From Squalus acanthias (lineage: Eukaryota), in assembly GCA_030390025.1 (NCBI GenBank), contig CM059433.1, positions 14,076,001 to 14,140,000 on the forward strand: 64,000 nucleotides of DNA, written 5' to 3'. The translations under genes were made by a program, and so were the position numbers. This document shows positions 25,357 through 38,190 of this stretch, piece after piece. The notes beneath the pieces are model-generated. The model did not search any database. It saw only the letters and a program-made list of their open reading frames with translations, and had not been told where the DNA came from. Each line of letters starts with the position of its first letter. Position 1 is the first letter of the stretch.

Positions 25357-25989
25357 TGGCAGAAAAATATAGCTGCAGTAAATGGAAAGTTTTTTAAGAG
25401 CAAGGTTTGATGAATGAAACAGTGCAACCTGTCAATGATGAAATGATTCTGCACAGCTTTCTGACTGACTCACAAAGCTAGAGAAATAACAAGTTAGCTT
25501 GCCTTACCTCTATCCTTCAAATCTTCGCTTTTTCAACTTTTCTTACCTTTCTCTTTTATATCAATACTGCGTCAGTCATCGCTCCTGAGAACTGGGGCTT
25601 AAACCTATGACCTTCCGACTCAGAGGCTAGGAGTTCCGAAAAGCTTAATCAAGCTGACATTTGAAGTGAAAAGTTTGTATACCAACCCACAACATCACCC
25701 GCACCAACAGCTAACAAGAGCAAATCTCTAGCACTGTTACAAGTCCTATCATACCCCTGAGATTTGATTACATCTGGGATTCAATTACAGGTAATGATTG
25801 TCATTTATAGTATGTACCAAGGAGTGAATATTTATTCAATGTTCCTCTTAAGCGGAGGTTTTCTGGTGTCATTAGAATTTGAACTCTGATGTAGGATGAA
25901 CTTTAACTTAGTGCTGTATGATGGTGGGCCAAATGACCTAAAACTTCAAGACTCATTGATAATTTAATCGGATCCGAATTACCGCAATT

Positions 25990-26012
25990 TATATATATAT
26001 ATATATATATAT
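25990..26012. repeat. (AT)n microsatellite
   Basis: Seen directly in the sequence. Confidence 0.9.
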
Positions 26013-26188
26013 TTCTCTTGATAGTATTTTTCAGGGAATTCACTTTTGGAAATACAAGTGTCTTTAATCTTCAGTCTGGTGATTATGTGAGAAATTACTG
26101 TTCACATTAATAGCGGACGAATGCCTAGCCATTTGTATGACAATCCCGTTCACAGGAGATGTTAACCCATATTAATAAATGTCTTATA

Positions 26189-26336
26189 TAAACAGAAAAT
26201 GCTGCAAATACTCAGCAGGTAAGGCAGCGTCTGTGGAGAGAAAAACAGAGTTAATTAAAGTGTCAAGTCTTTCCCTGGCTCTGTACTTGCTTGAAACCTG
26301 TTACATCTGTAACATTTTCCAGTTCTGATGAAGGGT
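26189..26336. mobile_element. Truncated hammerhead-type short element
   Basis: Shares the arm AAACAGAAAATGCTG..CTCAGCAGG with 43295-43434; ends in the half-ribozyme AGTTCTGATGAAGGGT. Confidence 0.65.
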
Positions 26337-26734
26337 ATGTCTCTTGTCTACTTCTACTGTTTGATTAATCACAACAAGGCACATTAATATCAATGAAAAC
26401 AATGTGACAGTTAACTTTCCTCTTTAATCCATGAAACCTCCAATAACCACCACTGGGACTGACAGTTTCCTTTCATGGACAAGATGGACTCCCAGCACAG
26501 GTTCCTATCATTCATTATTTTGGCTTGGGTTGACCGACAGCTGGTCTCTCTATAGAGGTCATTTAAGTCAAGTTTCACAATGCAGTCTTTCTCCTACAAT
26601 TGAATGCTAGACTGCACTCTACTGAAATGCTAGCCAATTTGATTTAGTTTGTGCAGGGCTTTACAGCGCTATCCTGCTATTTTTGCTTTCTCATATAAGT
26701 GGGTGATGTCTAAAAGCTAAGTTGCAAATACTGT

Positions 26735-27704
26735 AGCAAAATACTGCGGATGCTGGAAATCTGAAATCACAATAGAAAATGCTGGAAACACTCAGCAGGT
26801 CAGAGGAAGGGTCACAGACCTGAAACGTTGGGCGCGATCTTGCCAGCCCTGGGGAGGCGGGTATGCAGGCGGGACTGCAGGGAAAATGGCAGAATCTGGG
26901 GGCGGGTGCCCAACCCACCCCCAACCGACCTCCGTGCCATCTTGCCAGGAGGCGGGTAGCTGACCCGCGCCAGGTCCCGTCTCCTTGGAGGCGGGAAGGG
27001 GATTAGTGCCACTTATCTGCCTGTTAACAGGTAGTTAACAGGCAGATAAAGAGGGTTATCCCCATTTTACCCACACAAGTGCGGGCTTCCCGAAGGCTGC
27101 GAACCCCGCCAGGGTCACCGAGGTGAGTAGCGGGTCTGCGGGGGTCGGATGGGTGCAAAAGTGCACTGTGAAGGTAAGTGATGGGTGCAAGTGTGGAGAG
27201 GTGAGTATGTGAGGTGAGTGGAAAGTGTTTGAAAAAATGTACTTACCTTTGTTTCTTCCTGCAGGCTTCAAGAGTTGGGTATGCGGAGAGTCTCGCATCT
27301 CACCGGCAGAGATGACAGATGGCCATTGCATTCTCCAATGCAACAACCATCTAATTCAAGAACTCATCAAACTACAGAGAATGTCAGTGTTTGACAGCTT
27401 CACAGAGCTGTCAAACGATGACAATTCATCTGTCAAAAATGTTTGACAGATGAAACGTCATACGTTCTCTGTAACCGGCTTTCCCTTAATTGGCCTGCTA
27501 AGCCCGCTGGGCGAGCTTAACAAGGTCAATCAAGGGAAAATAGCGTGGGTTGGCCAGAAGTTGATGAAGGCGGGACTGAAACCCGACAAGTGGGAGTCCC
27601 GCCTCCAAAAGCTCCCCATTGGCAAAATTCAGCCCGTTAACTCTGTTTCTCTCTCCACGGATGCTGCCTGAGCTGCTGAGTGTTTCCAGCATTTTCTGTT
27701 GTAC
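26735..27704. mobile_element. Inverted-arm hammerhead-type short element, split by a MITE
   Basis: Inverted arms; 13-bp direct repeat TTGCAAATACTGT at 26722-26734 and 27705-27717. Confidence 0.75.
26830..27635 (-). mobile_element. Harbinger-type MITE, family A copy 3
   Basis: TIRs GGGCGCGATCTTGCCA / TGGCAAAATTCAGCCC; TSD GTT. Confidence 0.9.
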
Positions 27705-28280
27705 TTGCAAATACTGTGGTCTGTTTCAGAAAGATGACCTCCAGGTACATTCCATTAGGGTGTCGTGAAAAACACTGGTCACTTCAAAGACACTTAATTA
27801 CTTCCCATTGTCACTTCTCAGGCAACGAGAACAAACAGAGTACTGCTTCATACATCTAACCCTGGGCGTGATTAGGTATAAACTGTCAAAATTCACTCCA
27901 GCATGTTCTGCTGATCCATTTGTAATGGTCATTGAAAAGCACACTCTATACTTGCTCCAATTTTTATGCTAACATTAGCAAACAGAGAAAAATATACGCC
28001 ATAAAGACCTATTATAATACAGAGGATTAATCACATTCAGAAGCATTAATAAGGCTTTGAAGTATTAGTAATGAATAGTACACCAAATCTACAATTCATG
28101 TAAACTGGAAGTAGAATTGATCAAAGGTTGCAAATAAAAGCTTTCAGAGGCTGTTGGAATTGTTTAAATAGATTTCAGGGAGGTTATACAACAAATGAGA
28201 GGATGAAAATTGCAACATTGGCATCTCTTCCTGAAATAAATGACAAGCAGAGTTGTAATATTAGAGATGTTAAAGACATT

Positions 28281-28434
28281 GGGGGTTATTTTAACTTTCA
28301 ACTTTGGCATAAAACCCTGTCTGATTTTCCTTTCCATTGAGGTCAATGCATCGGAAAATCGAGTGGTGTAGATAATGGGTGGTCAATCATATATCGCCCG
28401 ATTTACAATATTGCCGAAAGTTAAAATCACCTCC
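28281..28434. mobile_element. Short hairpin-type MITE
   Basis: TIRs GGGGGTTATTTTAACTTTC / GAAAGTTAAAATCACCTCC; TSD ATT; internal CATTGAGGTCAATG palindrome. Confidence 0.75.
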
Positions 28435-29338
28435 ATTCTGATTGCAGCAACATAATTGGTGCACATCTCAAACAATAATGTTTTTCCCCCATTTTCTCAA
28501 CTCCTATCCTCAAGGTAGCAATTCTTCCTGGGGCCAGATGCCCTGCAGTACCTCAGCCAAGTGGCCAATCATCATGTGCTTACAGGCTATTCAGCTGTGG
28601 TAGGCAACATAGTCGAGTCCAATCCTGTCATCAGCCGATGTTTATTTTTTTTAACGCTTATACGCACATGCCTTTCTCAACTGGGGTCTCAGGGATAGGA
28701 ACCCTGACTATTTTATTTCTCTTCCCAGTCCAATTGTAGCACGCTCTCGTTGGCCTGGCTGAGATAAGCCACCTCGGTACAATTTGAAGATCAAACTTGG
28801 TACCCACTGGTTTAGTTTCGTTACAGATATTGTAATTCTTAATGAAGTAAATCAGGACAGGTTTTTTCTAAATGATCAGTTGTAAGTTATTTTTTCTCCA
28901 TGGGCAGGCAAACTCTTCCTAAGCCTCTGAAAACACCACACTCACATCAGCTGCTACGACACACGCACAGAAAGAGGCCCTTCGGCCCATCGTGTCTGCG
29001 CCGGCCATCAAGCCCTGTCTATTCTAATCCCATTTTCCAGCAGTTAGTCCGTAGCCTATAGAGTCATAGAGTTATACAGATCAGCCTGGGTTGTTCACCC
29101 TTCAGCTCTTATTACCTCCAAGGAACTGCCTCACCTCCATTCGGTGTCTGACCAAAATGTCCCAGCTAAAGATGTGAACTCTCTGTCTGGAATGAACCCT
29201 CTATAGGCGTGAATAGTGTCCTACCATTCTATGATACAGTGCATTAGTACATCAACATCCCAGGTGACACTGGTAGGGTGCAAACTCGATATTATTATTT
29301 TAAATACGAACATTGCATTGCCTCTTTGACTTTTTAAT

Positions 29339-29793
29339 AAAGAAAGAAAGACTTGCATTTCTATAGCGCCTTTCATGACCACCAGACGTCTCAAAGTGCT
29401 TTACAGCCAATGAAGTACTTTTGAAGTGGAGTCACTGTTGTAATGTGGGAAACGCAGCAGCCAATGTGCGCACAGCAAGATCCCACAAGCAGCAATGTGA
29501 TAATGAACAGATAATCTGTTTTTTTTTGTTATGTTGGTTGAGGGATAAATATTGGCCAGGACACCGTGGATAACTCCTCTGCTCTTCTTCGAAATAGTGC
29601 CATGGAATCTTTTACGTCCACCTGAGAGAGAGCAGACGGGGCCTCGGTTTAACATCTCATCTGAAAGACGGCACCTCCGACAGTGCAGCGCTCCCTCAGC
29701 ACTGCACTGGGAGTGTCAGCCTAGCTTTATGTGCTCAAGTCCCTGAAGCGGGGCTCAGAGGCGAGTGTGCTACCCACTGAGCCACAGCTGACA
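29339..29793 (-). mobile_element. Deu-domain tRNA-SINE
   Basis: Near-full-length copy with tRNA-like head and (TTTC)n tail. Confidence 0.85.
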
Positions 29794-30756
29794 CTGCTAT
29801 GAAAAATATTGCCTCCTGCAAATCATTTCTATCGTAACCACTTAAGAAGTATTTGCTGTAATCATGCAGCATGCTATCCTATCCTAATGACTCTGAAGTA
29901 AGCTAACTTATCCTTGCAGCTATCTCTGTCCCGACTACACTGTCAGTATAATCCCTCAGGAATCTACACAAGACAGCTAATTTATCAGTAATTAAATCAG
30001 ATGGGAATTACTTGTCACTACATGTTGCCATTCAACAAGCTATTTGAGGTAATACTTTCTCAAGGATACAGTATTAAGACAGAGACATTTATAGCTATAG
30101 CCCTGTGTGTGGGGAGCCATAAATTGCCACATGCTCACTGATGAATAATAACAGTGCTATGGAATAGAATATTTTTTCTGTTACCGAGTGACAATGCTGT
30201 CCAGTCAGAAATGATGTGGAAGGGGCTGTCAACAGTAACAATGTGAAAGTACTGTTGAGGCTACCTTGTCACATCTTGTTCAGAAGGACATCCTCTGCTG
30301 CACATGGTGACACTTCTACTCTCTGCTCTTTAAAAAGAGACACGGTCTATTTTCTGGGCCTACTTCAGGCTGCATTTCAAAACTGTCATTGATAAAATAA
30401 AATCTGCACAACTTATCTTTTAGCCCAGTCCCTTTGCAACCATGTTTATGCAAATTTTCATCTTCATGTTACCAAACAATAAGAACATAATGTTGAGGCT
30501 GCCGCGAAAACACGAATGGAGGCTGAATCCATATGTGGAAAACAAGAAACTTTTATTCACTGCATGCTATAACAAAATGGCTGCCAGAGCTGCTCCCAGA
30601 ATTCTCTGGAAAAACTCCCAGAATTCTCTGGGTAAAACCTGAGGCCCCGCCCCCTTCTGCCTTAAAGGTAATGTGCCTTAAAGGGGAGGGGCTGGAAATT
30701 TGTCCACAGAGAGAAGAGTGGATTATGCCCGTTTTAGGTGGCGATCCGCCACACAA

Positions 30757-31647
30757 AGAACATAAGAAATAGGAGCAGGAGTAGGCCATTCGGCCCCTTG
30801 AGCCTGCTCCGCCATTCAATAAGATCATGGCTGATCTCCTGCACTATCCCCATATCCCTTGATTCCCTCAATATCCAAAAATCCATCGATCTCTGTCTTG
30901 AATATACTCAATGACTGAGCCTCCACAGCACCTCTGGGGTAGAGAATTCCAAAGATTCACCACCCTCTGAGTGAAGACATTTCACCTCATCTCAATCCTA
31001 AATGGCCGACCCCTTATTCTGAGACTGTGACCCCTGGTTCTAGACTCCCCAGCCAGGGGAAACATCCTCCCTGCATCTACCCTGTCAAGCCCTGTAAGAA
31101 TTTTGTATGTTTCAATGAGATCACCTCTCATTCTTCTAAACTCCAGAGAATATAGGCCCAGTCTACTCAATCTCTCCTCATAGGACAATCCCCTCATCCC
31201 AGGAATCAGTCTGCTGAACCTTCTATGGCAAGTATATCCTTCCTTAGGTAAGGAGACCAAAACTGTACACAATACTCCAGGTGTGGTCTCACCAGGGCCC
31301 AATATAATTGCAGTAAGACGTCTTTACTCTTATACTCAAATCCTCTTGTAATAAAGGCCAACATACCATTTGCTCTCTTAATTGCTTGCTGTACCTGCAT
31401 GTTAACTTTCAGTGATTCGTGTACAAGGACACCCAGGTCCCTCTGAACACCAACATTTCCCAATCTCTCACCGTTTAAAAAATACTCTGCTTTTCTATTT
31501 TTCCGACCAAAGGGGATAACTTCACATTTCTCCACATTATATTCCATTTGCCATGTTCTTGCCCACTCACTTAGCCTGTGTATATCCCCTTGAAGCCTCT
31601 TTGCATCCTCCTCACAACTTACATTCCCACCTAGCTTTGTATCATCA
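30757..31647 (-). mobile_element. CR1 3' fragment
   Basis: ORFs 31206-31547 and 30982-31302 encode the RT C-terminus; tail present. Confidence 0.92.
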
Positions 31648-31848
31648 ATGAAGACAGACAGCTCATAACTTTAGTGGTCACTTTCCCTGACTGAATATAT
31701 TGTCAAATACTTTGTATGTTGAATGGAACAGTTTCAATTTCAGCCATCAAGCTGATTAAGCCATGGTTAGATGCACTAGATATCTCCCTCTACTCAGAAG
31801 AGCGGCCCCTACTGCAACAGTGCAACATCTTAGCATTTCCCACAATGA

Positions 31849-32168
31849 GGGAGGAATTTTAACCGTAAAAAACAGGTGGGTTTGGGATCGGACCCCTGCC
31901 CCCACCGGAATGGGGGATCAGAGCACCCCAGTTTCGGACCCCACCCCTCCTCCCCGAGGTTGTGGGCTCTTCGCCAGCGTTCCCCGCCTGACTGAAAGCC
32001 AGACAATCAGGCTGACTTCCGGGCGGGGAACCTGTCAGTGATGTCACAGCATGTGGGGAGACCTGGACTTCCGGGTTTCCCACGCGCTACTGTTCCGCCA
32101 CCGCCGCCCCCCCCCCCCCCCCCACACACCCAACCGCTCCTGGCGGGTCCAGAAGTAAAAATTCCCCC
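31849..32168. mobile_element. Harbinger-type MITE
   Basis: TIRs GGGAGGAATTTTA / TAAAAATTCCCCC; TSD TGA. Confidence 0.78.
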
Positions 32169-32185
32169 TGAGTGAGTGTGCGGTT

Positions 32186-32366
32186 TAGGACTAATTAGTG
32201 TCAGTTTGATGCTATGGGCCCATGCACACTGGAACTGGACTAAGACTCAAACCCATTTAACAGTCAGCAGACAGAGGGGACTTTTATCTTCTCACTGTTA
32301 GATGAATTTGAACCCAGGTTCCCAGGACTGAAAGGCCAGAGTTTAACTCACTGCACTACTTAGACC
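32186..32366 (-). mobile_element. LF-SINE-like ancient SINE fragment
   Basis: Minus-strand GCCTTTCA...CTGGGTTCAAAT...AGTCCAGTTCC...CACTAATT resembles my recollection of the LF-SINE consensus; not aligned. Confidence 0.5.
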
Positions 32367-32945
32367 CTCTGTATAATTAATGCCTTTGTTCGTTCTACTG
32401 GTTTCATGCTATTAATGCTGGACTCTGACAGTGGGACTATTCACAGACTTTGCACAAGCTTTGCATTATGGGAACAATGAAATTATGACCAGATAAATAA
32501 AAAATAATACCTTTGCAAGATTAATTGAATGGCACAATAAGGAAGGGGTTCAGGGCCAAAAGTCCAGTGTATGCTGCATCTAATTTATTTCTTATTTCAT
32601 CGAGAAATAAATAATAGGTCCATGAGATGTCGAGAAATTTCGACTGTTTCCAGGCGGCATCATTCTTGTAATACATTCATTACATTTACATCATATATGA
32701 GTGGCTGACTCAAACAGAAATTAGTTAGCAGATGTAAATGGAAAGAAAACCAATTAAACACAAAACAGGTTGGCTTAAAGCTATTCATTGGTGTCCTGCC
32801 AATTAAGCAATGAAGACAGAGAAAGTAGGTACAAACTACCATAAATCTAGTGTACAAGTTACACCTTCATTCAATATTTTATTCTATGTCTATGTAATTT
32901 TAGGACCTGCAAGTTGGGGATAGCGGGTGCAGCTTAAATAGTGGA

Positions 32946-33414
32946 GCAAGAAGCTCGACACCATCCAGGACAAAGCAGCCCGCTTGATTGACACCCCATC
33001 CACCACCTTAAACATTCACTCCCTCCACCACCGGCGTACCGTGGTTGCAGTGTGCACCATCTACAAGATGCACTGCAGCAACTCGCCAAGGCTTCTTCGG
33101 CAGCACCTCCCAAACCCGCGATCTCTTCCACCTAGAAGGACAAGGGCAGCAGGTGCATGGGAACACCATCACCTGCAAGTTCCCCTCCAAGTCACACACC
33201 ATCCTGACTTAGAAGTATATCGCCGATCCTTCATCGTTGCTGGGTCAAAATCCTGGAACTCCCTACCTAACAGCACTGTGGGAGTACCTTCACTACATGG
33301 ACTGCAGCGGTTCAAGAAGACGGCTCACCACCACCTTCTCAAGGGCAATTAAGGATGGGCAATAAATACTGATCTTGCCAGCGACGCCCACATCCCATAA
33401 GCGAATAAAAAAAA
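32946..33414 (+). mobile_element. Non-LTR retrotransposon 3' end (distinct from the CR1 copies here)
   Basis: KLDTIQDKAARLI...SLHHRRTV...SFIVAGSKSWNSLP-type C-terminus ending in an A-rich tail. Confidence 0.75.
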
Positions 33415-34221
33415 ATTAATTGTTTGTGTACCGCAGTATAATATAAGACAGTAGGTTGTTTTTACACATGCGTGCCAATCTAATTTCCTCATTGCAACTC
33501 ATGCCAAAATTACATTAAAATTTACGTTGGTTTCTATGCTGATTTCCAACAGCAAATTACACCAAAATTTCCTGAGACTCTCATTCACATATGTCGGATT
33601 GTAAAAAATGGTGTAATCATTCGGGACCCTGAGGAAAAAACAGAACATACATCATCTACCTTCTTTAAATCACTGTTTATCTTAGTGATGTTCTCAAAAT
33701 TAAAGTTTGAAGCCATCAAACCTTCATTTATGCACAATAACCGCAGCATGTTTAAGAAAATGCAATTGTGGAAACTTTTGGGTGGAAATTTGTCTTGGGT
33801 GGTAGCACAATATGGGTTTTATGGCATCCACTGCTGATCAGGATCGTGCCCAAAATGGGCTCAATTCAATTTCTAGTCCAGTGTTACCAGCTCAGTGCAG
33901 AGAGAGGCACAAGAGGGGAACAGGAAAGGGATGGTGGCGCCCAGCTGGCAAGAAGAGGGAATTAGCGGTAATGCCAGGGAAGATTAGAAGTGAAGGTTAA
34001 AAAGTCAAAAGTAGGACAGGAAACAGGAATCTGGATGGGAAGACAGGTGGCACCAGGAAGGACCGAAGACCAATTAAAGGCTGAAGAACAGAACAGGGAG
34101 TGAGACTCCAACTGGGTACTGGAAGACTGAAGGGATAACAGTGCCACCTAGAGTCTGGAAGACTGAAAGGTAAGTCTAATGGTAAGTATGAATAGTTCTT
34201 TTAGAAAGAAAGAAAGAAAGC

Positions 34222-35696
34222 TGCACACAAATCTGCCCAAGAATGGAAAGTGTTGAAAATAAAGATTTCAATGTTTGACAGCACATTAACAGAAACTTTA
34301 CATGAACATTGCATAAAACACCCAAGTGCCTCCCCTTGTGTGCTGTTGGTTGGTATGAGTAAACTCTGTATCCAGTGTCACCTCATTGGAACAACCTTCC
34401 TCCCAATTCACAGATCACTTCTGTCATCTCAAGTTCACCTGTCATCTACTCCATCAGAATCGGTGCCCTTGAAACTATTTCACCTTGGTCCTCAGAATCC
34501 CACCACAATCAGCCCCAACACCAGCAGCACCAGGCACACAAGCAGCGCCAACAACAACACCAACCTTCACTGCAAGCAACTGGTGCAGCACAGGACACAG
34601 GGCATCAGCACCCGATCACATTGTTGCCTGGGAGGCCAGGGATGGCGTCACCATGGCCAGATTTATTTCACTTGATGCTGTACACCCTGGCTGCCACATG
34701 ATGCGCCAGGTTGGCACCACCCCACACCAACACCATAAAGCATCCCTATAATGCCCAAGCCATTCCTTTCACACTCATCACCATTGCGGGGGGGGGGTAC
34801 CGTTATGTCTCACCATTCACTGCAACTTACTAAGCCACTTCCAAAGGTGCACACAAACCTGTCCAAGAGCGCAAAGTGTTGAAAATAAAGGTTTCAATGT
34901 TTGACACCACATTAACAGAAACTTTACATGAACATTGGCTAAAACACCCAAGTGCCTCCCCTTGTGTGCTGTTGGTTGGTATGATTGCACTAGGATGAGG
35001 ATGAGTGAGGGGTGGCTAGTGAGATGGGGATTTGATAATGTAGATAGAGAGGGATGGGTGGAGGTGCAAGGTAAGTTGGTGTGAGTAAGGATGTGCAGGA
35101 GTAGGGTAGGGAAGGCAGAGTGATGTGGATGTGATGAGTGGCACAGCAGGATGAGGTCAGTGTGGCTTTGCAGTAACGTTTCGTGATCTACTGAGATCAT
35201 TGAAAGGTTTGCGCCATTGCAGCCTGGTCCTCCTGACGACATCCCTGCTTGTGCCCTCCTCTGCAATGTGCAACCAGGCTGCGTTGGTCTCCTGGGGAGG
35301 TCTCTTCTGGCCATTGGAAGGGAAGGGAACCTCCCTGCGTGCTGTGACTCCCTCCATAAGCATATGGAGGGAGTAATGGGAGAACCTGGGTGCAGCCATG
35401 CACCTCTGTGCAGTGATTGACAGTGTTTGCAGTACCTCAATGTTGTAGAACACTGACAGCACAAATGTCAAACTAAATTTGCGCATGGTCCCTTTAAGGC
35501 AACCGGCTGATGATGCGTCATCGAATGACGTTATCAGACCCACTTACTTCAATTGTCAGGAAATGCGCTGGACGGGCTTAACAAGCCCAATCATCGTAAA
35601 ATCATCTCACAGAGTGGGCTGGAGCTAGCGGCGAGGTGGGGACCTGCCACCGACCCCGGCCGCACCGAACCCGCCGAGGTTGGGGAAATCACGGCC
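34222..35696 (-). mobile_element. Family C Harbinger copy, truncated and rearranged, with Myb/SANT remnant
   Basis: Homologous to about 23470-24800; ORF 35157-35543 AAPRFSH...RTRLQWRKPFNDL; ~135-bp internal duplication. Confidence 0.85.
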
Positions 35697-36521
35697 AAAG
35701 ATCCCAAATTTGCACAGGTTGTAATCCTGGTGGTGATGCCGGGTTTGAGACTAATGTTGCCCTCCGGCACTGACCCCGCCTAAGTTTGCAAGGTCAGTGC
35801 TGGCGGCACCTATTTGCACAGGGCAGGCGACTGCAAGCACCTCTTTGGGCGCATCTCTGGCGCTTGTCTGCCCTATGCCCATGGAAACATGCCCACCTGC
35901 CCTCCATTGTGGGGTGGTGGTTGCCCAGACCCCCACCTCAACCCTGGCACTTGTCCTATCTGCCCGCAGGTAAGGGGGCTGATTCAATATTTTTATATTG
36001 CAAAACAATTGCTTTGTCTTCAGGGATCCAGGCCAGGAATGTGTGTGAGAGAGCATGCGAGAGAAGCGAGAGACATCCAGATGCTAGCTGTCAGATCCAC
36101 AAACTGACAGTCACTGTTTCAATCCATATGTCAGCTTGTCAAAGATTCTTTTTTTTTTTCCACCGGTATTGGAGCTTGACACGATGAACAATCAGATAAG
36201 TTGAAAGGCAGCAGTGGAGTCTGTCAGCGGACCCTGCCAGAGCCAATCAGAATAGACGGAGGGTGGGACAGAAGGCTTCTGAGAATTAATCAACCACATG
36301 CGAGTTTGTGCACACAAATTGAGGCAGAACATGTTTAGGATGCACTAATGGCGCCCAACTTTCAGCTCCAGATTACTTAATGCTTGTCCTAAAAGTAACG
36401 ACTAAAATGCAGCTTTTAAAAGCTTTTCAGATTCCTCGAAGGTATGTTGAGGGTCGTGACCAACTGTTGTCTTGGATACTGATTGTAATACTTTGTAACA
36501 ACTGTTCGTACAAAGTATTTA

Positions 36522-37290
36522 AAGCACAGAAAGAGGCCATTCGGCCCAACAGGTCCATGCCGGTGTTTATGGTCCATATGAGCCTCCTCCCACCCCTCTA
36601 CATCCAACCCCATCAACACATCCTTCTATTCCTTTCTCCCTCATGTGCTTTCCCCTTGAAAGCATCTACGTTATTTGCCACAACCACTCCTTGTGGTAGC
36701 AAGTTCCACATTCTTACCACTCTCTGGGTAAAGAAGTTTCTCCTGAATTCCCAATTGGAATTTTTAGTGACTCTCTTATATTTATGGCCCTTAGTTCTGG
36801 TCTTGACCGCAAGTGGAAACATCATCTCTATGTCTACCCTATCAAACCTTTCATAACCTTGAAGACCTCTCTCAGGTCACCCCTCAGTCTTCTCTTTTCT
36901 AGAGTAAAGAGCCCCAGAATGTTCAATCTTTCCTGATGTAACCTCTCAGTTCTGGTATCATTCTAGTAAATCTTTTTTGCGCCTTCTCCAGTGCCTCCAT
37001 ATCCTTTTTATTATATGGACACCATAACATTTCACAGTACTCCAAGTGTGGTCTAACCAACATCCTGTACAAGTTTAACATTACTTTTCTACTTTTCAAT
37101 TCTATCCCTCTAGAAAGGAACCCAGTGCTTTGGTTTCTTTTGTTAATGGTCTTTTTCACCTGTGACGCTACTTTTCGTGATTTGTGTATCTGTACCCCCA
37201 GATCCCTCTGTTCCTCTACCCCATTTAGACAGGTATTTTTCAAGAAGTACGTGGCCTCCGCGTCTTCCTACCAAAACGTATTACCTCGCA
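36522..37290 (-). mobile_element. CR1 3' fragment
   Basis: LVRPHLEYC and FRRNFFTQRVVRMWN motifs. Confidence 0.88.
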
Positions 37291-37591
37291 TTTATCTATA
37301 TTGAATTTTATTTATTAATTACAAAAATTTGTGCTCATTGCTCAATAAAATGATTGGAGTCCTAAATTAAGTCTTAAAACCCAAGCTCATTGGCATTAGA
37401 CTTAAAGGGTGGACCAATATCGAGTACAGTCTAATCGCAACTCATCATTGCCACAGGCTTTGTTCACTACTTAAAGGGGAGGTTCATTGATGCTACAGCA
37501 CATCATTCTCAGCATTGCTGGCTGTGCAGCTATCTCAGCAAGCAGAAGCAGAACAAGCAGAAGGAGCTGGAGGACTGAACCAGGTGTGCTC

Positions 37592-37833
37592 ATGGCAGGT
37601 CCACGCCCCAGGGAGACAGCCCACAGATTCTCCGATGAAGCACTGGAGGCATAGGATTTCACTGTGGAGAGACGGAGTGCGGTGCTCTATCCGGCAAGTG
37701 ACAGAAGGCCCTCGCCACAAGTCTTCCACACCATGTAGAGGGAGGTAGTGCAGCATGTCTCGGGCAGCAATGTGGTCCCAGGACCCACACACAGTGCAGG
37801 AAGAAATTTAACGACCTCACTCGGGTGGTCAGG
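37592..37833 (+). pseudogene. Harbinger Myb/SANT gene exon 1, disabled
   Basis: MAGPRPRETAHRFSDEALEA*...RTHTQCRKKFNDLTRVVR followed by donor GTGAGT; two stops and one frameshift. Confidence 0.85.
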
Positions 37834-38190
37834 GTGAGTGAATACTTCAACAAATGCTACATACCACCATCTGTACCACAGTCTGCACACACTGCCTAAA
37901 GCACCACACTCCCAGCACTCATCCAGCAACAATCTCTACCTAGCAACACTCACACCCACATCTCACACCTTACACACAATGACAGCTATTCAACTATGGC
38001 AGGCACAAGGGTCATTAGTTATTAGAATTCATGTGATATGTGTGAAATGTTTATAGATACATTTATTAATGGTCTTTGGATTATTTTGTGGTCTCTCTCA
38101 TTTCATCTTTGCGCTCAGGAGGACGCTGTGATACGCCATGAGACAGGGATTGTATGATGGGGATGTGGTGAGCTACAGGGATCTGGGGTT

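Noticed and set aside
29740..29793. tRNA-like sequence
   Set aside because: This is a SINE head, not a complete tRNA gene.
33780..36369. Possible outer Harbinger element enclosing the family C copy
   Set aside because: The terminal similarity is too weak and there is no TSD.
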